Origin: Octopus vulgaris
Taxonomy: Eukaryota
Length of the DNA: 64,000 bases
Direction of reading: 5' to 3'
Assembly: GCA_951406725.2 (NCBI GenBank)
Contig: OX597814.1
Span: 124,124,001-124,188,000 of the forward strand
The translations under genes and the position numbers were made by a program. Numbering within the stretch: position 1 is the first letter of the stretch; each line of letters starts with the position of its first letter. Shown here piece after piece: positions 38,125 to 50,959 of this stretch. The notes beneath the pieces were generated by a model. It was given only the letters and a program-made list of their open reading frames with translations. It did not search any database and was not told where the DNA came from.

Positions 38125-38740
38125 ATCATCATTATTTAATGTCCATTTCCCATGCTGACGGTTTGGCCAGAGCTAGTAAGGCCAGGGGCCTCATCAGGCT
38201 CCATTGTCTGTTCTCTCATGGTTTCTACAGCTGGATGCCCTTCGTAATGCCAAGCACTCCACAGAATGCACTGGGTGCTTTTTATATGGCACCAACAGCA
38301 GCAGCATTTCTTATGTGGCACCAGCACCAGTATCAATTCCGTTGTGGTGGACATGTCTTCTTGAATACAGCAACATGTTAAATATCTCAGTCCTTAGTCA
38401 TCTCCTCCATAAGGCTCTGTGTCTTGGGATTGACCTTCATTACTTTGTCCCATGTCTTTCTGGGTCTCCTTCTTCCGCAAGTTTCATCCACTTTCAGTGA
38501 TTGACACTTCTGCAACTATCTACATCCATATACATCACATGACCAAACCAGTGCAGTCTTCTCTCTTGCACACTGTATCTAATTCTTCTTATGCCCATCT
38601 TTTCCCCCAAGAGACTTGTGCTCTGTGGCACAGGTACACTGACACTGTATGTCAAATGGTACATACTAACTTTATTTCCCTCTAGCCTTTGCATGTCTTC
38701 TGCATTCCGGGCCCACATCTCACTAACATGTATCATTGAC
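38125..38740 (-). mobile_element. RTE-clade LINE 3' fragment with (GAT)n tail
   Basis: Translation MIHVSEMWARNAEDMQRLEGN...QERRLHWFGHVMYMD matches the RTE C-terminal 'HGSETW...RL.W.GHV.RM' motif, followed by the shared 3' UTR. Confidence 0.8.
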
Positions 38741-38758
38741 ACATATATATATATATAC

Positions 38759-38798
<40 letters not shown>

Positions 38799-39489
38799 GC
38801 CAGTACCCTCTGACTGATCCCTGTGCCGGTGGCATGTAAAAAGCACCATCTAAATGTGGCCGATGCCAGTACCCCAGTGGGACATAAAAAGCACCCACTA
38901 CACTCATGGTTGGCATTAGGAAGGGCATCCAGCTGTAGAAACATTGCCAGATCAGATTGGAGCCTGGTGCAGCCACTGGCTCTCCAGACCTCAGTCAAAC
39001 TGTCCAACCCAGTGGAAAACAGATGGAAAACAGATGTTAAACGATGATGATGATGATATATAAGCATGCATTTTTGTATGTTTGTGCGTGCATGTGTGTA
39101 TGTGTGTGTTAGTGTATGTACATGCATATGTGTAATTACAAAAATTTGTTTTATAATCACAAGATTCTGTGTTGAGTCCCAGAGTGCACCATTTTGAGCA
39201 AGATGTCTTCCACAGGAGTTTGGGGTTGACTCAAGTGTTATGACTGAACTGAAATGAGTTGACAGAAACAGTGTGGAATGTAGTCCAATGTATCCGCATC
39301 TGTAATTTACCAGACTCTGTCTTGCCACGCTGTGTGTCACACTGAGAATCTACTCAAGGGTGACATTGAGTGTACAAATGCCTGAAGAATATACAGGTAC
39401 TTGTATGCTCAAGAAAGTCCCAAGCTAGGTGAGAAACCACTTCATGTAAGAATCTATGAAGAAAGAAATATTAAGATGAAAGGAATGAA

Positions 39490-39840
39490 TTTACATTAGA
39501 CTTGAAACAGTTCAGGTCATAAAAAGTGGGGAGAACAATGAAATGGAAGAGAGTTCCGAAGTTTGGTATTTCAAGGAAAAAAAGCTATGATTATTGAAAG
39601 TCTTCCTTGTTTGTGGAATCACAACAACATCTGGATAAAGATGCTGTGAGTTCTGAGTCTGGTGAGATGGCACAAAGCGATTGGGAACCAAGAGAGAAAG
39701 TTCATCAGAGCACTTCCTGTGGCAATAATAGCTGAATAGATTAAGGCTGGTGATGTCACATCCATGTGACAAGGCTTGCAGAGTTGAAGCAAGAGACGGA
39801 CCAATCAAATTAGAGACTTGCTTCTGAGTAAGTGTTCCAT
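39490..39840 (-). mobile_element. CR1/Jockey-group LINE C-terminal fragment
   Basis: LQALSHGCDITSLNLFSYYCHRKCSDELSLLVP...HSFF matches the 'LQPLSHRR.VASL.LFYRYY.G.CS.EL..L.P' motif. Confidence 0.65.
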
Positions 39841-39949
39841 AGACATATGTATCCATAGTAAAATCCTCAGACAGAATCATGGTGATAGACATGGCTGCAC
39901 CTTTATGGATTACAAGTTTACACCAGTTTCGCATAGCCCCAGCTCATCC

Positions 39950-40413
39950 AAAGTACCTTGGATTGCAGGCAGAACAACCTGCTGTGCTTACCTTGGATCG
40001 TAGGGTGACCTGCTGTGCTTGAGGAGACCTATTGAGTCAAGAACATCAACGTCAAAATGAATATCAAATGGAAATTGTAGTTGTGATACCTGTGCCGGTG
40101 GACGTAAAAAGCACCATCTGAACGTGGCCAATGCCAGCGCCGCCTTAACTGGCTTCTGTGCCGGTGGCATGTAAAAAGCACCAACCGACTGTGGCCGCTG
40201 CCAGCCTCCCCTGGCATCTGTGCCGGTGGCACGTAAAAAGCACCCACTTCACTCTCGGAGTGGTTGGCGTTAGGAAGGGCATCCAGCTGTAGAAACACTG
40301 CCAGATCAGACTGGAGCCTGGTGCAGCCTCCTGGCTTCCCAGACCCTGGTTGAACCGTCCAACCCATGCTAGTACGGAAAACAGACGTTAAACGATGATG
40401 ATGATGATGATGA
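39950..40413 (+). mobile_element. Family C (RTE 3' UTR) copy
   Basis: Similarity to the other copies. Confidence 0.8.
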
Positions 40414-40489
40414 AGTGCATTTCACCTGAAGGGTTTCTATAGTTTCTGTCTATGGGTTACAGGCTGATCCAATTCTATAGAAAATGCTG

Positions 40490-40752
40490 CCCTGCTGATG
40501 TGAATGTCAAAAAGAAAGAGGATAACTACAAACAACTGCACTGAAACTTCCAGTTTTTATATCCTGATTATAAATTTACATTTATACCAATAGTAATTGG
40601 TGCACTTGGCTTGAGATTAAATGGCTAAGTGATAATCTGGATAAGCTAGGGTTTTCAGAAAATGACTTGACCAGTTAATTCACACATTACAAATACGATC
40701 TGTAAGTGGAACAGTAAAGATGTGCAAGACTTTCCTCAAGTCTAAAATGTGA
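40490..40752 (+). mobile_element. RLE-type non-LTR retrotransposon C-terminal fragment
   Basis: Decayed CPADVNV..KEDNY...LYPDYKFTFIPIVIGALG...LQIRSVSGTVKMCKTFLKSKM*. Confidence 0.65.
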
Positions 40753-42191
40753 ATTTGTTTTTGTCATCTACATTCCAATAATGGTGCTGTATATCTTTGT
40801 TATAAAACAGCTCCTTTCTCAGATGAAGAATTCAAATAATTAAAAGTAGAAGAGAACATATACACATATGTGTGTATCTGTGTGTTTATGTGCCTGTATG
40901 TGTATGCAAACACTGACGCAGATGTAGATGTGACGACGATGATGATGACGACGACGATGATGATGATGTTGATGATGATGGTGTGGATGTTGACAATGTT
41001 AATGGTAACGGTGATGGTGATGATGATGATGGTGATGATGATGATGGTGGTGGTGGTAGTGATGATGATGATGGTGATGATGATAATGATGATAATGATG
41101 ATCAATGATAATGATGATGATGACGACGTATGAGGACAGTTATGACAGCCATACGTTATAATGTCAGAGAGGTAAATAAGAAGCGCTTCAAGTCAAGACA
41201 CATATTAATATATTTCTTACCCAATGAGATGACAGGTTATATATTGTAGGTAGAAAGGTTGAGAGGTAGAAGAGAAGTGATATTTGATGAACCATAACTC
41301 TGGGCCACTTTTTGGCATCATTTATTAACTATAGGTGGGTAAGCTTGTATTGTACTTACCATAAATTAGTTCAAGCATTAGTGCCTCTTCATCGTTTCAC
41401 ATCTGTCATTCGCAGACCAAAAGTTACTCACTTAACTAACTCCTTCACTAGAGAGTTACTGCTTGTCTCACATTATATACAAAACAATACTTCTAAATTT
41501 ATGCAAAAAAATATGAGGAAAAAAATTAAAAAAAGAATCATATTAATTTTAGCTTCTTTTTATTATTTTCTTTCTTTTCTTTTGAGAAGGAGAGAAAAAG
41601 TGGAATTTTCTTTCTTTAATGTTTTTATTAATTCTTTTCTATTTTTTGAATAAAAAAACAGTAAAGGAGAAAGATGATTTGGTTCTATTTTATCTGAATG
41701 ATATAAAGAATTGGTTGAAATTGAGGCAACTGTCTGTTACTGTCTTTAGAAATATCTTGACAGGGTTCCTGCTCTCACTTGAAACTATTCATAAATGTTT
41801 TCAAAGATTGTGGTCTTATTTTGGTCTGCACACACTCATACACACATGTGTGCACTCATACACACATGTGTGCACTCATACACACATATAAACACATATG
41901 TGTGTGTACATACGTCATATATGTATATATATGATGTATGAATATGGACATATATGTGTGTATATGTATACTCACACACACACACACACACATATATATA
42001 ATATACTCACACATATTTAATTACTTATATGCATACATATGTGTGTGTGTATATATATATATATGTGTATGTGTGTGTGTATGTATGTATATATATATAT
42101 ATACATATATATGTCTATCTGTCTGTCTATCTATCTATCTATCTATCTATCTATGCACACACACAGGCATACACATCCCCCCTCAATTATT

Positions 42192-42242
<51 letters not shown>

Positions 42243-43493
42243 ATATGCATACATACACACACACATATATGAAGATAGCTAGGTAGATAAATATGTGTAT
42301 CTGTCTACATATATATATATCTTCCTGTGTACTTGTCTATATTTATGTAAATATATATATATATTTACACATGAACACTCACTTACAGACACGCACACAT
42401 ACATATACATGCACACACAGATAGATAAATTGATAGATAGCTATAGATACACACACACACTCATCTATATGTAAATATATATAACTACATATATACACAA
42501 CGTTATTATTTTCTCTTCTAAGCTGATCTGAAAATCTCTCATACCACTTATTTTGGCCTTTTCCAGCTGAAAAAGTCTTAAAATATCTTTGCAGATGTGA
42601 AAAAGTAGGAAAAGAATGCAAAGACTGTTAATATCTGAAGATAATTACAGACTCTAAATAACCAATATGTGAGAATCATTTCTATAAATCTACAATTGTT
42701 CCAACTTGGAATAATAATGATAAAATAGGAAATTCAAATATAAGCACTGTCATAGCCTTGAAAGAATTTTGATTTTGATTCACTTGTGCTGTGTTTCTTA
42801 CACAGGAACTATGTTTGGTCTGTTCAAGCCTTTTTTGTTTAGGGGGTTTATTTTTAGACAACCTCTGATGGTAGTCGTGTAATTATCTAGAGTTGACAGG
42901 GAGGCAGTTATGTATTATGATTGAGTCTTTTGATCTTTGTTTCATTGAAATAACCTCTTATATTGATCATTGCTGGATGGTCATGTGGAATGAGTGGAGG
43001 TGCATGACTTTGTGGTTAGGGTATTGCTCTCATGATAATAAAATTGTGGTTCTGTTCCAGGACTGGGCGATGCGTTGTGTTTTTGAAGAAAACACTTTGT
43101 TTCACTTTCCACAAGTCCACTCAGCTGGCAAAAGTGAATAACTCATCAAAGGACTAGCATCCCATCCATTGGGGAAATATATATGCTACGTATAATGCAC
43201 CATTCGAGCGTGGTTGTTGCCAGTGCTGCCTGACTGGCTCCCGTGCTGGTGGCATGTAAAAAGCACCATTCAAGTGTGGCCAATGCCAGTACTGCCTGAC
43301 TGACCCTCGTGCTGGTGGCATGTAAAAAGCACCCACTACACTCTCAGAGTGGTTGGAATTGGGAAGGGCACCAAGCTGTAGAAATATTGCCAGATCAGAT
43401 TGAAGCCTGGTGCAGCCTCCTGGTTCGCCAGCCCTCAGTCAAACCGTCCAACCCATGCCAGTATTGAAAGTGGGCATTAAACGACAACAACGT

Positions 43494-43532
<39 letters not shown>

Positions 43533-43737
43533 GAATCCATGAAGCCAGCCTATGGTTAGGGAACAATTTTTGATCCTCTTTTTCATGGGGTGACGAGTTC
43601 CCAGTTAATTTCTCTGGAATGTCATGTTTTATCGTGTCTTTTAGAGAATGATAAACTGAATCAGGTTCAGAATCATTTGGTCTTTTTCTCTTTGTTTGTT
43701 GAGTCTGACAGAAAAGACATTATCAATGTTTGTTATA

Positions 43738-44298
43738 TTGGGTTGTCCGGAAAGTTCGTGCTGATTTTTAAAGGAAAGAAAAAGGTCAATAAATACTTGC
43801 CATTACATTTTTATCAACCAAATATGAACCATTTTGTTGCACAATGCGTTTCCATCCTTCCTTTAACTTGAAAATACCCTCTTCTCGCAATTGAGGTGGT
43901 TTGACGGCAAAGAATTCATCTAGGTATCTTTTTACGTCATCCAAGGAATTGAAATTTTTACCATTAAGACTATTCTGCAGAGACCTGAATAAGTGGAAAT
44001 CCAAAGGTGCAATATCTGGTGAATATGGAGGGTGGGGTACCACATCCCAGCCGAGCTGCAGCGATTTTTGTCTGGCTCCCAAAGCATCATATGCCGAAAA
44101 TGAACTTTCTTTCCTTCCATTTTAAAGTGTTGCAGAATTAATACAGGTTATAGGAACATAAACCTTCTTCCATGAAAAGATAGATTAAACTGTGCTTTAA
44201 ATGGAGGTGTAGTCAAATCCTATTTTATGAACTCAACCATGTTCTAAAATAAGTGGAAAGGTAAGCTACTATAAATTGGCACAAACTTTCCAGACAAC
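43738..44298 (-). mobile_element. Internally deleted mariner element
   Basis: TIRs ttgggttgtccggaaagttcgtgc / gcacaaactttccagacaac with a left TA. N-terminus MEGKKVHFRHMML is joined to the C-terminus LGWDVVPHPPYSPDIAPLDFHLFRSLQN...QQNGSY. Confidence 0.88.
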
Positions 44299-44299
44299 T

Positions 44300-44700
44300 T
44301 TCCAGATCCTCTCAAAACAGTGAGTTTGATGCTATTAATGTTCCAGTTAAGCTGTTGCGTGTCAACACCTGCAGGAAAGACATGAGCAAGGAAAAGATTC
44401 CAGAGGGATGATGATGTGGGGAAGACAGGATTGGGGATAATGGTTAGAATGGGACAGAGTGGAGTAGGATGTACCAAGTGTGATTAGAAATGGAAAGTCA
44501 AGTGGGATGGGGAGGGGTTGAGTACTTGAGTGGTGGTGGTATGAGACCAGCCGGCTCCAAGAAACAGAGGCTATTGTAATAGCAACAGAAAAGACAAGAA
44601 AGAAGAGAGAGTACTTCTGGGTGCTTTAGGTTTTATTCATGTCCATTAGTGATTGAATTCCACTAAGTCAAGTGACTCATACGCAGATCTCGGTCTGTGT
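44300..44700 (-). mobile_element. Decayed CR1/Jockey-group LINE 3' fragment
   Basis: Remnants CLFCCYYNSLC..LIPPP and FPTSSSLWNLFLAHVFP. Confidence 0.5.
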
Positions 44701-44889
44701 CCCTCAGGATGTGGGCCAAGATTAATAAATCCAGGTTGTTTGTGTGTGTTGTGGCATTACTGTCCCAGAGGTGAGAGCAGTATTCCACAGGGGTTTTACT
44801 TGAGCCTAGTTAATTTTTGATGGAGCTAGAACCAACTAAGATCTAGTTAAGCCAATAAGGAAGCTTCTGTACCAGTGTTTAGTGATCAT

Positions 44890-45040
44890 GGTTATGTGGT
44901 AAGAAGTTTGCTTCCCAACCACATAGTTCCAGGTTCAGTCTTACTGCAGGGCACCTTGGGCAAGTGTCTTCTGCTATAGCCTCAAGCTGACCAAAGCCTT
45001 GTATGTGGATTTCGTAGACAGAAACTGAAAGAAGCCTGTC

Positions 45041-45104
<64 letters not shown>

Positions 45105-45870
45105 TATAATGAAATAATTGTATACAGTGCTCAGGTGCACCACAACTTGTCAAAAGTGCATATAAAGCATATGCAGTAATGTACAAATGTCTGGAAAGTG
45201 AACAGTGTGTGAGTCAGATACATGCTTGCGTGTGTATGGAGGGGAGAAAATCAAGTGTAGTGTTGGCGAATCTCAGGAAGCATGGAAGTTTTGAAGGATG
45301 TAGTGCTCCGACAACTAACAACTGATGCCGGCAGTTTGTTCCATGCTTCAGCAACTCTTAGCATGAAAAAATGTTTCCAAAAGTCATGGGAGCTGTGCTG
45401 TTTTCTGACTTTGTAAACATGTCCACGGATGTTAGACAGGTGGAGTTTGAAAAGATGCTCAGAGTTATTGTTAGTAAGATGGTTAATAATTTTATGGGTG
45501 TCTGCCAAGTCAGCTGCCAAACGTCGGAGTTTCAATGTATCCATGCCCAGGGAAGTAAGGTGTTCAGAATATGGCAAATGCCTGATGGAGGGTGTTCTCT
45601 TGGTTGCACGTCGCTGAACAGTTTCCAGATGATTAATATCCTGGGCTGCATGTGTGTGCGTAATTTTGTGTCTGTGTCTGTCCTCCACCACTGCTTGACA
45701 ACCGGTGTCAGTTTATTTGCATCCCTGTAACTTAGCAGTTTGGCAAAAGAACTGATAGAATAAATACCAGGCTTAAAAAAAGGTATGAGTTGGTCTGTTT
45801 GACTAAAAACTCTTCAAAGTAGTGCTCCAGCATGGCCGCATTCTAATGACAGAAGCAAGTAAAGAATAAA
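44890..45870 (+). mobile_element. SINE family A interrupted by CR1
   Basis: Head 44890-45040 and tail 45650-45870 flank the CR1 fragment. Confidence 0.75.
45045..45645 (-). mobile_element. CR1 LINE 3' fragment with (ATT)n tail, nested in a SINE
   Basis: ORF QDINHLETVQRRATK...LPYSE.L..LG..TLKLRR..ADL...RGHVYKV...FF.LRVAEAWNKLP. Confidence 0.85.
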
Positions 45871-46222
45871 TAATAAAAGTTAAAAGACATTTACTGCTTC
45901 TGTCGTAAAGAATGGTAACACATGAGGAACAATACATTCATCTAGATATACTAAATAAGAAGACAGTCACAGCTGGAATGTCTGTGTTCATATGGCTGTT
46001 TAATTAGGGTCGACATGGTAGGGGAACCGGGGGGAGGGCTACATAACAATTACAAAAGCTTGGAGCCAGTAGAGGTCACATGTGACCTTTACTGAGGTCA
46101 GAACAATACAAATTAATTGCAAAACATCACATATTGTTTTACTTTATTGGTGAGGTTATCTGTCAATAAATTTATAATTGCGAATCTTCTCACAATGATA
46201 AACATGATTGATATTATTTTTT

Positions 46223-46236
46223 GTTGCCATAGCAAC
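46223..46236. promoter_or_regulatory. RFX X-box-like motif
   Basis: GTTGCCATAGCAAC matches the canonical X-box. Lies in non-repetitive DNA 62 bp upstream of an exon. Confidence 0.45.
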
Positions 46237-46298
46237 AATAAATAACATCTTAATGATAAATAATTGTGTCTGTGTTTCTCTTTCATTATCTTTTGTAG

Positions 46299-46580
46299 TT
46301 ATGTATTACCCTGAATAATATTCAGCATGTCAGTTCCTACCTAGACTGTTTGAAACATGACCTTGAGTGGGAGAAAACAGCAGCAGCGATGTCTGAACTG
46401 CATGACTCTGAAGAAATTGGTGAGAAATGTCTGAACACTTTGAACCGACTTATTGACAACTGCAAGGAGGAAATTGCTATGAAAAGTGAACTTCTGGTGC
46501 AGGAAGTTGTTGGAAGGATGAGTAGAGATATCAGAAGAAAGATGGATCTACTCACAAGAAAAGACTGGAAGAAATCGTCT
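46299..46580 (+). CDS. Internal coding exon (phase 0/0) of the BAIAP3/Munc13-4-like gene
   Basis: Long pyrimidine tract with ttttgtag acceptor and TCT|gtatgt donor. 282 nt open frame LCITLNNIQHVSSYLDCLKHDLEWEK...RKDWKKSS. 'LCxxLNNI' is the hallmark MUN/MHD1 motif. Same frame as ORF 46350..46631. Confidence 0.9.
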
Positions 46581-47904
46581 GTATGTAATTTTGTTTTTTT
46601 TATGGCTTCAGGTGTAATACTGTGTAGTTAAAAAGCTCATTTGCAAGAAAGTGGGTTTGGGTTCAGTCTTGTGTGTGAGTTTGGTAGATGGAAACTGTGT
46701 GGAAGCCCTCCAAATCACATGGTTGTTGGTACAGTCCCACTGTGTTGCACCTTGGGCAAATGTCTTCTTCTGTAGTTTGGGGCCAATCAAACCCTTGTGA
46801 ATGGATTTGATAGGCGGAAACTGAAAGAAGCCCATGGTACGTGTGTGTGTGTGTGTGTGTGTGACTGTGTGTGTGTGAGTGTATGTGTATGTGTGTGCGT
46901 GTGTATGTGTGTGAGTGAATGGATTTGATAGGCGAAAACTGAAAGAAGCCCATGGTATATGTGTGTGAGTATGTGTGTGTGTGAGTGTGAGTGTGTATGC
47001 CTATGTGCATGTGTTTCTCTGTCTATTTCTATTTGTTCCCCATACCACTCGACTGGTGTTGGCTTGTTTACATCCCCATAACTAACTTGGTGGTTCAACA
47101 AAAAAAAAAATAATAATAATAATTATAAATAAATAAATAGACCAATAGTATAAATGCATGGCTGAGAAAATAAGTTCTGGGATCAATATCTATGATTAAA
47201 CTCTTCGAGGTGGTGCTCCAGCATTGCCAAAGTCCAATAACAAAAACTAGTAAAAGATGAAAGACGTCAGATAAAAGGAGATTAATAAATCCCAGCTGGT
47301 TCCACAGTCAGCACTTTGGCAAATACTGGCTAACAGAGTGTATATAAATAAGTAGACAGTTTGCCTAAAAGAAAACATCAATACAAATTGAAAGTTCCAG
47401 GGCTAATAAATTAGTTGCAGAGTAGAATATATTGAATTGAAGACTGGAATTTATGACGTTACATCTAATTCTTTAGTTATGAGCATTTCAACACTACATG
47501 GTATATGCAATTCATGAATATAAATATAAGTGATCTTGTAATATTACAACATATAACTATACCGTGCACTTTTCTTCAGACAGAGGTTCAAAAGTAATGC
47601 AATTTACTCTTGGAAAATTATGGTATATTTAGTTTATAAATTCCTGTTCTGTATAGACAGAGAAAGAATGAGATTTAAGGTTGCTAATATACATATGCAG
47701 ATAGATCCGCACACACACACACACACATACACACACACACACACACTTTCCCATGCACAAATAAATACACCCATTTACAAGTACAGACACCGAAATTTGC
47801 ATATGCAAAAATATATGTGCTTATCAGTTCATCCCATAAGTAATGTCTGGACTTCTATATTTTCAATTTGTAAATGTTTTAACAGAATTTTAGAATGTTT
47901 TTAA

Positions 47905-48137
47905 GGCAGCGAGCTGGCAGAAACATTAGCATGCTGGGCGAAATGCTTGGCAGTATTGCATCTGTAGCTGCGTTCTGAGTTCAAATTCCAGCGAGGTTGA
48001 CTTTGCTTTTCATCCTTTCGGGGTCAATTAAATAAGTACCAGTTATGCACTGGGGTCGATATAATCGACTTAATCCATTTGTCTGTCCTTGTTTGTCCCC
48101 TCTGTGTGTAGCCCCTTATGGGCAGTAAAGAAATAAG
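47905..48137 (+). mobile_element. SINE family B
   Basis: TSD agaattttaga(a/g)tgt. Confidence 0.82.
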
Positions 48138-48189
48138 AATTTTAGAGTGTCTCATGGCATTAAGTAATATTTATATGTATTTGGACATA

Positions 48190-48625
48190 TGTAAATGAAT
48201 TGAATTTCATTTTGTGGGATAATCAAATTGAAATTTTACCAATTATAGCTCTTCAAACATGAGCATCTAATTGGCATTTGAGGCACATAAGGCTTTATGA
48301 GTTATAAAAAGGGAACTCTACAGCTAAAGTGAAGTATTTGAAATATTCACGTAGCTTTTGGAGAAGAGTGCCTGAATGAAAGAATGTGCAGAAAATGGTT
48401 TGTAAAATTCAGAAGTGGAGATTTCAGCCTTAAAGATGAGGCCCAAACAGGATGTCCAATTGAGTTTGATGACAAGCTCCTTTTGGCAGAACTTGAAAAA
48501 TATCATGCAGTTTCTGTTGAAGAATTGGCAAGCAAGCTTCATTCAAGCCATACAACTGTCTATTGCCATCTTCAACAACTTAGAAAGGTCTCTAAACTTG
48601 GAAAATGGCTGCCTCATGACATATA
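48190..48625 (+). mobile_element. Mariner transposase N-terminal (HTH) remnant
   Basis: CRKWFVKFRSGDFSLKDEAQTGCP...ELASKL...HLQQLRKVSKLGKWLPHD, with a WVPHEL-like motif. Confidence 0.82.
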
Positions 48626-48971
48626 AGGACCATATTCTACTCATACCATGTCAGTTTGAACTGCATGTAACTAAAGAATTATTGTAATACCTAAATTCAA
48701 GTCTTTCGCTTAATATGTGTATGTGTGTGCATGTGTGTGTGCATGCATGGTTCATGTACATGTGTGTGTGTCTGTGTGTCTTTGTATCTGGTGTTCCCCA
48801 TTGTTTATATCCCCATAATTTATCAGTTTCGCCAATGAGAATGATAGAATAAGGCCCACACTTAAAAAAATAAGCGCTGGGGTCAATTTGTTCCACTGAA
48901 ACCTTCTTGAAGCAGTGCCCCAGCATGGCCGCATGAATCTACCAATTCACTGCCATTCCACCTCAATAACA

Positions 48972-49190
48972 ATCTTTTCTACTAAAGGCACAAGATTTGA
49001 AATTTTGTAGGGTGGGGGGGTCTAGTCAATTACATCAGCCCCAGTGCGCAGCTGGTACTTATTTCCTCAACCCTGAAAAGATGAAAGGCAAAGCCAACCT
49101 CAGTGGAATTTGAACTCAGAATGTAAGGACAGATGAAATGCCGCTAAGCATTTTTCCTGGTGTGCTAACGATTCTGACAGCTCACCGCCT
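48972..49190 (-). mobile_element. SINE family B
   Basis: TSD ttcca(c/t)ctcaataa(c/t)aat. Confidence 0.78.
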
Positions 49191-49849
49191 TTTCCATCTC
49201 AATAATAATAATTCTTGCAGTAAAACAACAGTTTAGATTCTTGAGAAACTGAAACCTTTACGACTAAACCAAAGTTATATTGATGCTACTGTACACTATA
49301 GATTCCATAGATTTACTTTCAATATCAAATATTTTAGTTGTTTAAATGTTGAAATTTGAAGACACCAGCTTCTTGATTGTGTAACTTTTAATGGCTGACA
49401 TACAGCTTACATTAACAAAATCACTCTTCAAAACCAGAATCCAATACAGGAAACAAAAGGAAACCACCACATAGTTACATCGTATAAGTGATCCTGGGTA
49501 AAAAGTGATTATATTCCATTAATGTTTACTTAAGTTTCCTCAGTAAAAGGTGTTGCACAAAGCAGAATGTATTTTGATCTATAGCAAAGTCAGCTCCATA
49601 TATAAATTTGTTGTTGTTTGGCTCCGGACCAACTCTGTTCAAGCAGACCATGATCAAAGGTCTTCCTGCCAACAATCATATTGTTTTGGTTTTTTTTTAT
49701 GGCTAAGAAGCTAGGTCTGTAATCATGTGGCTTCAGGTTCAGTCCCACTGCATGGCATCCTGAGCAAGTGTCTTGAACTATAGGCCTGAACCAACCAATG
49801 CCTTATCATTGAATATGGTAGGTAGAAACAGTGTGGAAAGTCAATGTAT

Positions 49850-49924
49850 ATCCATCCATCCATCCATCCATCCATCCATCCATCCATCCATCCATCCATC
49901 CATCCATACATACATACACACATA

Positions 49925-49965
<41 letters not shown>

Positions 49966-50071
49966 ACACATACACACACACACACATACACACATACATA
50001 CACACATACACACACACATACATACACACATACATACACACATACATACACACATACATACACACATACAT

Positions 50072-50118
<47 letters not shown>
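49850..50118. repeat. Compound (CCAT)n-(CA)n-(CATACACA..)n-(TA)n
   Basis: Direct inspection. Confidence 0.92.
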
Positions 50119-50120
<2 letters not shown>

Positions 50121-50465
50121 ATTTATTTCATCTAGTTTCAGCTCACTAACTGTGGTCATGTACCCTATATCATTACAGATATAGGGTAAAGAATTATTAA
50201 TGGTCAGTCAAATATATAATTCTCAAAATATTATGCCAATGAAGGAAATTAATTTTTATAATTCTAATCCCAAAACACGTACATAATTAATCGTAGTCTG
50301 TTTGATTTCGTTATTTTTTCTTCTTTTTGTCTATGTGAGTTACAAATATTGTCTGTGGAGTCATATTTGTAGTTAAAAGAATTAGCTTTCTTTGGCTGTT
50401 ATTTCTAAATTTTCGGTATGTGGTGAAGCAACTTGTTGCTAAACCCTTAATTGTATATATATGTA

Positions 50466-50559
<94 letters not shown>

Positions 50560-50894
50560 AGCGTTCACTAGTTTTCTCTTGTTCTGGTCTAACAACCTTT
50601 CATGGTTGTCTTCATTCGGTTTCCTTGTATGTCTCCACTGTCATGTTTTTGTTCCCAACTTTGACCCTCCATAAATCCTAAATTTTATTTCATTAGAATT
50701 TATGAGACTAACTGTCTTTGAAGATTCATATTGTCGTTGCTCAAAATGAGGAGTAGATAGTCAGCCAACAACTGATGAAGGGTCTTCTCTCTGTGTTTAC
50801 TAGTTCTGTTTTCCATTTTTTCTGATTGTTTACACATTTCATGTTATTTGCACCGTTAGTGATGTGCTGTACGCATATATGCATGTATACACAA

Positions 50895-50958
<64 letters not shown>

Positions 50959-50959
50959 G

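Noticed and set aside
47580-47593. Possible micro-exon ttcttcag|ACAGAGGTTCAAAA|gtaatg
   Set aside because: 14 nt would shift the frame, the donor is weak and nothing else supports it.
50772-50800. Isolated CTGATGA
   Set aside because: No downstream GAAA or stems in register.
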